From: Minisyncoccota bacterium
GTDB taxonomy: Bacteria; Patescibacteriota; Minisyncoccia; Phycocordibacterales; UBA2100
Direction: 5' to 3'
Assembly (NCBI GenBank): GCA_043780835.1
Contig: JAYWCB010000013.1
Span: forward strand, 13,512-77,511
DNA: 64,000 nt
Shown: positions 58,321 to 64,000 of the stretch, in pieces
Position numbering within the stretch: position 1 is the first letter of the stretch
Layout of the letters: each line of letters starts with the position of its first letter
Notes under the pieces: generated by a model
Seen by the model: the letters and a program-made list of their open reading frames with translations, nothing else
What the model was told of the DNA's origin: nothing
The model's database searches: none
Position numbers and translations under genes: made by a program

Positions 58321-59273
58321 GCGCGGTACCATTCGAGCGTCTTCTTAAGTCCCTCGTCAAATTGTATACGGGGCTTCCACCCGAGACGTCGAAGTTTTAC
58401 CGAGGAGAGTGCATACCGAAAGTCATGGCCAAGTCGATCTTGTACATATTCGATGCGGGATGACGGAGACTTGGTAAGTGCGAGCAATTTTCGAACAACA
58501 TCGATATTGCGATATTCATTGGATGCGCCGACGTTGTATACCTCGCCGACGTTGCCTTTGCGTAGGACTGTTTCAAACGCAGCTGCCGAATCTTCGACGT
58601 ATATCCAGTCCCGTACGTTGAGCCCTTTTCCATACAAAGGGAGTTGTTTACCGGAGAGGAGTCGTGTAATGAAAAGCGGTATGAATTTTGAGAGATCTTG
58701 TCCCGGTCCGTAGGTATTGGATGATCGTGCAATCACGACGGGTAGTCCGTATGTTTCATGGAACGCACGCAACACGAGTTCCGCCGACGCTTTTGAGGCG
58801 CTGTACGGACTGTTCGGTTTCATCGAGTCAGTTTCGATGAATGGTCGCGCTTTTGCGCTCAGGGCACCGTAGATCTCATCGGTTGAAATGTGAAGTACTC
58901 GCGAGACGTTTTGTGCGAGTGATAGCGCTGCTACATTGTGGGTGCCGATTACGTTTGTTTCAAGAAACAGCAGCGGGTTTTTGATACTTTCGTCCACATG
59001 GGTTTCAGCGGCAAAATGAACGACGAGGGTCGGTTTAAATTCGACAAAGACGCGCTCGAGCGCTTTTTTGTCTCGAATATCGCATTTTCGAAACACAAAA
59101 TTTGGTGCGTCCCACACATGAATGTTCTTTTTGTCGGCAACTGCTGTGAGCGCGTCGACAACCACGATACGTGATTTCGGCCGCTTCGCGACGATCATAT
59201 TCGTAAAGCAGCTGCCCATGAAGCCAGCGCCTCCCGTAATGAGGATGACTTCGTTAGTGTTTCTTTTTGCCAT
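58296..59273 (-). CDS. rfbB: dTDP-glucose 4,6-dehydratase
   Basis: TGGAGFMG, HFAAETHVD, STDEIYG, PYSASK, GHDFRY. Confidence 0.94.
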   Translation of the reverse strand: MAKRNTNEVILITGGAGFMGSCFTNMIVAKRPKSRIVVVDALTAVADKKNIHVWDAPNFVFRKCDIRDKKALERVFVEFKPTLVVHFAAETHVDESIKNPLLFLETNVIGTHNVAALSLAQNVSRVLHISTDEIYGALSAKARPFIETDSMKPNSPYSASKASAELVLRAFHETYGLPVVIARSSNTYGPGQDLSKFIPLFITRLLSGKQLPLYGKGLNVRDWIYVEDSAAAFETVLRKGNVGEVYNVGASNEYRNIDVVRKLLALTKSPSSRIEYVQDRLGHDFRYALSSVKLRRLGWKPRIQFDEGLKKTLEWYRAYTRPVKR

Positions 59274-59997
59274 GGCGCGATTTCATAAATGTCGAGGCCT
59301 CGTGGAGGCTGTCGATGGTGCCGATGTCAAACCACTCTTTCGTCAATTCAACTGCGCGGAGTGTACCCTCCTTGAGGAATTTGTTATTGACCCATGTGAT
59401 CTCTTTTTCTCCTCGTTTCGATACTGGTTGACCAATCATCTTTTTAAATACTGAGTTGTCATAGAGATAGACTCCAACAACAGCAAGATCAGATTTCGGT
59501 TTTGTAGGTTTTTCTTCGATCGCAATTACTTTGCCTTTCGCATCACGGGTTGCGATACCGAACCGTCGAGGATCAGACACTTTCTTGAGAAACACGGTTG
59601 CGCCCTTCTTGAATTTTGAAATATGTGGCTCAAGGTCGTCCTCAATTATATTGTCGCCGAGGTAGAGTACACAGTTGTCGTTTCCTACATAGTCGCGCGC
59701 AATGTAGAGTCCGAATGCGATTCCGTTCGCTTCATTCTGAATACCATACACGATCTGGATTTGTTTTCCCGTTCTCCTCGAATTGAAGTACTGACCGCTT
59801 CCGAGCAGCTGCACGAAATCGTCGAGATGATGCGGGGAAGTGACTATCATGATCCGATCGACCCCTGCAGCAGCAAGCTTTTCAACCGCGTAATAAATGA
59901 CCGGTTTGTCGTAGATCGGGAGGAGGTGTTTGTTCGTCACTCGAGTAAGAGGATCGAGTCTCGTACCTCTTCCACCGGCCAAAATAATGCCCTTCAT
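59254..59997 (-). CDS. rfbA: Glucose-1-phosphate thymidylyltransferase (short form)
   Basis: MKGIILAGGRGTRL, KHLLPIYDKP, EEKP, WFDIGT. Confidence 0.92.
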   Translation of the reverse strand: MKGIILAGGRGTRLDPLTRVTNKHLLPIYDKPVIYYAVEKLAAAGVDRIMIVTSPHHLDDFVQLLGSGQYFNSRRTGKQIQIVYGIQNEANGIAFGLYIARDYVGNDNCVLYLGDNIIEDDLEPHISKFKKGATVFLKKVSDPRRFGIATRDAKGKVIAIEEKPTKPKSDLAVVGVYLYDNSVFKKMIGQPVSKRGEKEITWVNNKFLKEGTLRAVELTKEWFDIGTIDSLHEASTFMKSRHGKKKH

Positions 59998-60096
59998 AGC
60001 CCACGAAGAATATAGTATTTGCAAAGGCGCGGCAACAGGTACACATACACCCGCGGCTTTCGCAAATAGACGCCCATACAGTATTATGTGCTCCAC

Positions 60097-60948
60097 ATGT
60101 ACAAAATATCTCGCCTCCTCAACGAGCTCTCTGTTATCTTATCGCGCGAGTATCTTACCGGCGGACAGAAAGCAGATCTCGTGTTTCACTATTACTGGAT
60201 GAAGATCCGGTACATGTTTTCCGGACGCGACGTGCACGAGGTGCGGTTCATGGGATTCAATTTTTATGTACCGTCATTTATCAACTTCGTCGGGATTGTG
60301 CGCGAAGTATTCGTATTCGGCGATTATTACTTTAAAGCGACAACGTCGTCTCCGGTAATTATTGATTGCGGCGCAAATATTGGTACAACAACCATTTTCT
60401 TTAAGTGGTTGTATCCGCAGGCTCGCATTACGGCATTCGAACCATCGCCGATCGCTGTAGCGGCACTTCGGAAGAATATCGAACTCAATGCGCTGACTGA
60501 TATCGACGTGGTGGAAGCCGCTGCGTCCAATTCAGAAGAGCCGATCAGTTTCTGGGAGCAGCCGAATAAATCGGGCGGATCGACCGCCGTTCGCGACGTC
60601 TTTGAAACAAAAGCGAACACTGCAAAGTTTGAAGAAGTATCGGTAAAGTCGATCATGCTCTCAACGTACGTCACCGGTCCCGTCGATCTTTTGAAAATGG
60701 ATATTGAGGGAGGAGAAGGAATCGTGATACAAGATCTTGCGACGCACGATTCACTTAAACACATCAAAACCATCATTTTGGAATTTCACGAGAGTGAGGA
60801 AAATAAAAGCAATGATCTCCCCACGCTTCTCTCAACGCTCAAAAAAAGTGGTTACAAGCTTGTGATCTACGCCAGTGAAATCACACCATCAAGCGAGAAG
60901 ATGATGAAGCGCTCTGGGCACCACTTCCTTATACGCGCAACCCGTTAA
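60097..60948 (+). CDS. FkbM-family methyltransferase
   Basis: IDCGANIG, FEPSP, LKMDIEGGE. Confidence 0.9.
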   Translation: MYKISRLLNELSVILSREYLTGGQKADLVFHYYWMKIRYMFSGRDVHEVRFMGFNFYVPSFINFVGIVREVFVFGDYYFKATTSSPVIIDCGANIGTTTIFFKWLYPQARITAFEPSPIAVAALRKNIELNALTDIDVVEAAASNSEEPISFWEQPNKSGGSTAVRDVFETKANTAKFEEVSVKSIMLSTYVTGPVDLLKMDIEGGEGIVIQDLATHDSLKHIKTIILEFHESEENKSNDLPTLLSTLKKSGYKLVIYASEITPSSEKMMKRSGHHFLIRATR

Positions 60949-60966
60949 ATCGCACGCCTGCGCACT

Positions 60967-61797
60967 ATGCGAGCGTTTCTTACAGGCGGATCAGGATTTA
61001 TAGGTACTCGACTCAAGTCTGATTTGATTGCGCTCGGATACGAAGTAATTGCGCCTTCGCACGCTGAGATGGATATCATCTCGCAGATATCTGTGCACAG
61101 AGCTATTGAAACCGCACAACCCGACGTGGTCTTTCACTGCGCAGCCCTCACGAGCGGCGACGAAGAAGCGATGTATCGAGTCAATGTGGATGGCCTGCGC
61201 AACGTGATGGGTGCTTCGAGATCAGTACAACTGTCCGCTGTGGTAATTGTTGGTAGCAATGTGGAGTACGGAAATGCTGCCACACCTTTTTTTGAAACAA
61301 CCGTTCCACTGCCAACCAGTGTGTACGGTTGTACGAAAAATGAAGCGACACAGTTGGCTCTTCAAGACGAAACGGTACCCGTTGTGGTATTGCGGTTTTC
61401 AAACGTGTACGGAGAAGGAGGGCATTCATTTATTGAGCGTCTTGCCAGCGCGGTATATGCAGGCACGACGGTACAAATTTCAGATACGCTTGTGCGGGAT
61501 TTTGTACATGTGAGCGATGCGTCCCGTGCGTGTGTTCTCGCCGCAACACACATCACTGCATGCAGAGGACAGATTTTAAATATTGCATCGGGAGACGTGT
61601 ATACGACGCGACAGATTGTACAGATGTTCTGTGACATGAAACACATGCCGCTTTCAACGTTTGTATCAAACATTCCATATGTGCCAAAATCCGACGATCA
61701 ACTCTCAAATGTTGCAGATAGTACCAAGGCGCGCGCCCGTATTCATTGGAAACCTCTTATATCCCTACGGGATGCGCTCGCGACACTCGCACAATAA
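60967..61797 (+). CDS. NAD-dependent epimerase/dehydratase
   Basis: TGGSGFIG, YGCTK, RFSNVYG, RDFVHVSD. Confidence 0.88.
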   Translation: MRAFLTGGSGFIGTRLKSDLIALGYEVIAPSHAEMDIISQISVHRAIETAQPDVVFHCAALTSGDEEAMYRVNVDGLRNVMGASRSVQLSAVVIVGSNVEYGNAATPFFETTVPLPTSVYGCTKNEATQLALQDETVPVVVLRFSNVYGEGGHSFIERLASAVYAGTTVQISDTLVRDFVHVSDASRACVLAATHITACRGQILNIASGDVYTTRQIVQMFCDMKHMPLSTFVSNIPYVPKSDDQLSNVADSTKARARIHWKPLISLRDALATLAQ

Positions 61798-61817
61798 GGT
61801 TCCTGTATACTGCCGCT

Positions 61818-62543
61818 ATGGATCAACGGGCGCTGGATCGCATGAAAAGCGGAGAGCGCTCCTGGTGGTATGCGGGACGACGTCGCATCATTACAGACGC
61901 GCTTGCATATACATCTTTGAAGAAGATGCAAAACGCCCTGGATTTCGGAGCCGGGTACGGCGCAATGCATTCGCTCCTGTCACGATACGCAGATCGTGTG
62001 TATGCATACGAGCCTGTTCCTGAGATTGCGCAGTATGTCCGAACGGAAGGGTACGCCGAAGTCTTCGAGACTGAAGTATCCGCGCTTGCAAACTCCTACG
62101 GCCTCATCGGTATATTCGATGTCCTTGAGCATATTGAGGGAGACCTCGAGGTATTGAAGAGTCTCTACGCTGCAACAGCAGTGGGCGGCACGATCGTCAT
62201 AACAGTTCCTGCCGGCATGCTCCTGTGGAGCATGCATGACGAGCAAAATAAACATTTTCGTAGATACTCGCGTCGCACATTGGTAAAGGTGGTCGAGTCG
62301 ACAGGATTTCGGGTAGAGTTTGTGAGTTACTGGAATACGATTCTGTACCCGCTTGCACTCGCGGCACGTCTGAGCGGTAATTCTGGAGAAAGTTCATTTT
62401 CGCTGCCCCCCTTCATCGACTCGCTTTTCTATGCCTGCATTGCGTTGGAATCATGGCTCATGCGCAGGATCCGGCTTCCGTTTGGTGTGAGTCTCGTACT
62501 TGTGGCAACGAAACCTAGTGTTTCGGCTTCACCCCAGTCTTGA
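61818..62543 (+). CDS. SAM-dependent methyltransferase
   Basis: LDFGAGYG, DVLEHI, HFRRY. Confidence 0.88.
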   Translation: MDQRALDRMKSGERSWWYAGRRRIITDALAYTSLKKMQNALDFGAGYGAMHSLLSRYADRVYAYEPVPEIAQYVRTEGYAEVFETEVSALANSYGLIGIFDVLEHIEGDLEVLKSLYAATAVGGTIVITVPAGMLLWSMHDEQNKHFRRYSRRTLVKVVESTGFRVEFVSYWNTILYPLALAARLSGNSGESSFSLPPFIDSLFYACIALESWLMRRIRLPFGVSLVLVATKPSVSASPQS

Positions 62544-63435
62544 TGAGTTTGCCGGACAGTGCAAATTTCTGCTCCGGAGTCATAGTCGCGATTGCTGCTT
62601 TTGTTGACGCTTGCGTGATGGTGAACCGTGCTCCCTCGGAAAATGCGGCGGAACTGTAGCCTGCGGTGAACATAGTGCGCGGTTTTGTTTTTGCGCGGCC
62701 ACCGAAATGAAGTCCTGCAGGATCACAGAAGATCACCGTACCGGCTTCTCCTGTGCACGATTTCACGTACTCGGGAGGTATGACTGCCTCAAGCTCTTCG
62801 CTATTAGGGTAGCTGCCCATCGGTGGATGCTGCATAAAAAGTTTGCCGAACTTCAGACCGTACGCACTTTTGCGTACATAGGTAAACGGACCCGTGTCTT
62901 GATCAACATCATTCAGGTACAGGAAGACTTTCATGTAGCGCTTCTCCTCAGGATCGCGGTGCCAGTTTTGCGAGAATGCAGGGTCGGACTCCGTGTCAGG
63001 TTCGATTTTTGCGAGATGCGCGAGTGAATATCGCGACCACATGCCGTAGTACGCGTTTGCGGTATGCAGATACATATCAGAGAGCCCCAGATTCATAAAC
63101 GGATTGTTCAAATCAAGCTCGGGAACAGTACTCCAGTATTCGTGCAAAAACTTTTTCTTTGAGGTCTGCGGCAGAGGATTATGGGTTGCAATCCAATCCC
63201 GCAATTGCGCGAGCCTATTTTCTCCTGGAAAAAGCTCATCGAGTGAGCTGAACGCAATACCGTCGGTGCGCATATCGCGAAGAATACGCTCCTGCACTGA
63301 ATTGAGGGGGCGGGGATGCTGGGCGTACAATCTGCGCGGCCTCAGATTGAGGATGCCGTACCATACGAACCAAGAATTTCTGACCGAAAAATAGACTTGA
63401 ATCAATCGAAGATACACCTGTGTAAGCAGTCTCAT
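62515..63435 (-). CDS. 2OG-Fe(II) dioxygenase (PhyH-like)
   Basis: WHRD, YLNDV, GPF, distal H (LHFGG). Confidence 0.82.
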   Translation of the reverse strand: MRLLTQVYLRLIQVYFSVRNSWFVWYGILNLRPRRLYAQHPRPLNSVQERILRDMRTDGIAFSSLDELFPGENRLAQLRDWIATHNPLPQTSKKKFLHEYWSTVPELDLNNPFMNLGLSDMYLHTANAYYGMWSRYSLAHLAKIEPDTESDPAFSQNWHRDPEEKRYMKVFLYLNDVDQDTGPFTYVRKSAYGLKFGKLFMQHPPMGSYPNSEELEAVIPPEYVKSCTGEAGTVIFCDPAGLHFGGRAKTKPRTMFTAGYSSAAFSEGARFTITQASTKAAIATMTPEQKFALSGKLIKTGVKPKH

Positions 63436-63454
63436 AGCGATATCCTAACACTCG

Positions 63455-64000
63455 TTACACTTTCGTGAATAGGACAAAAACAGTTTCAACGAATACGTTT
63501 TTCATGTGTCTCGGAAGCAGTGCGGTGAGAATTGGATACAGAATACGGTGCCACATGCGGGTAGCAGGTGCGTGGTAGACGAGAGCAGAAAGTGTGTGCG
63601 TGTTTGCGTGCTTAAGTGCGCGATATGTAAGAAACGATACGGCGTCTTCCGTGTTGAAATACCAATGGTGACGATCCTTCGGTAATTCCAGCTGTAATCC
63701 GTAACTTGCGGTAGTTCCGCTGCCCCATACGATATCTCGCGCTGCTTTTCTCCAGCAATTGGGTAGAGATATAAGAACCGCTCCATTCGACACGCGCAAT
63801 AGATCATCAAATGCATAATGAATCCTATTGATGTGCTCGAGCGTGTCCAAACACAGTACGGTATCTATACTTTTGTCCGTGAACGGTAATGAATCAATTT
63901 CCCAGTCAAACGATGGAATGTCTGGATTGTTTTTGTCGATCTGTTGCGATCGGATGCCAAAAATCCGAAAAAATGTGTCGTTGCGACTACCCATGTCCAA
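63455..64000 (-). CDS. SAM-dependent methyltransferase (5'-truncated by window)
   Basis: LPF, LDTLEHI, SLPN, DRHHW. Confidence 0.82.
   Translation of the reverse strand: MDMGSRNDTFFRIFGIRSQQIDKNNPDIPSFDWEIDSLPFTDKSIDTVLCLDTLEHINRIHYAFDDLLRVSNGAVLISLPNCWRKAARDIVWGSGTTASYGLQLELPKDRHHWYFNTEDAVSFLTYRALKHANTHTLSALVYHAPATRMWHRILYPILTALLPRHMKNVFVETVFVLFTKV

Overview
Chromosomal window from a Patescibacteria/CPR bacterium (Parcubacteria-like, judged from 16S signatures and gene content). It holds secD-secF, a stand-alone 16S rRNA gene lacking the canonical anti-Shine-Dalgarno, tRNA-Ile and tRNA-Leu, peptidoglycan genes (murA, murC, murD, murI), a class Ic-type ribonucleotide reductase, gdhA, apt, purF, aroK, an ornithine decarboxylase, SulP, rsmI, a VirD4/TraD-like ATPase and a ~25-kb surface-glycan cluster (39.5-64 kb). 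Most core genes look leaderless (TANNNT, then 6-8 nt, then ATG). The strongest candidate for an undescribed system is a family of four small elements with 13-bp terminal inverted repeats (TCCCGTTAGA.../...TCTAACGGGA) and 4-bp target duplications, each inserted exactly in the ATG of a glycan gene. The three short copies fold into a covarying hairpin with a conserved A/GCG internal loop, the right end rebuilds the start codon, and the fourth copy carries only a GIY-YIG nuclease, with no transposase. A second candidate is an array of membrane-protein genes behind the 16S gene, punctuated by repeated copies of the 16S 3' trailer and terminator. All calls were made by eye, with no database searches; coordinates of non-ORF features may be off by a few bases.
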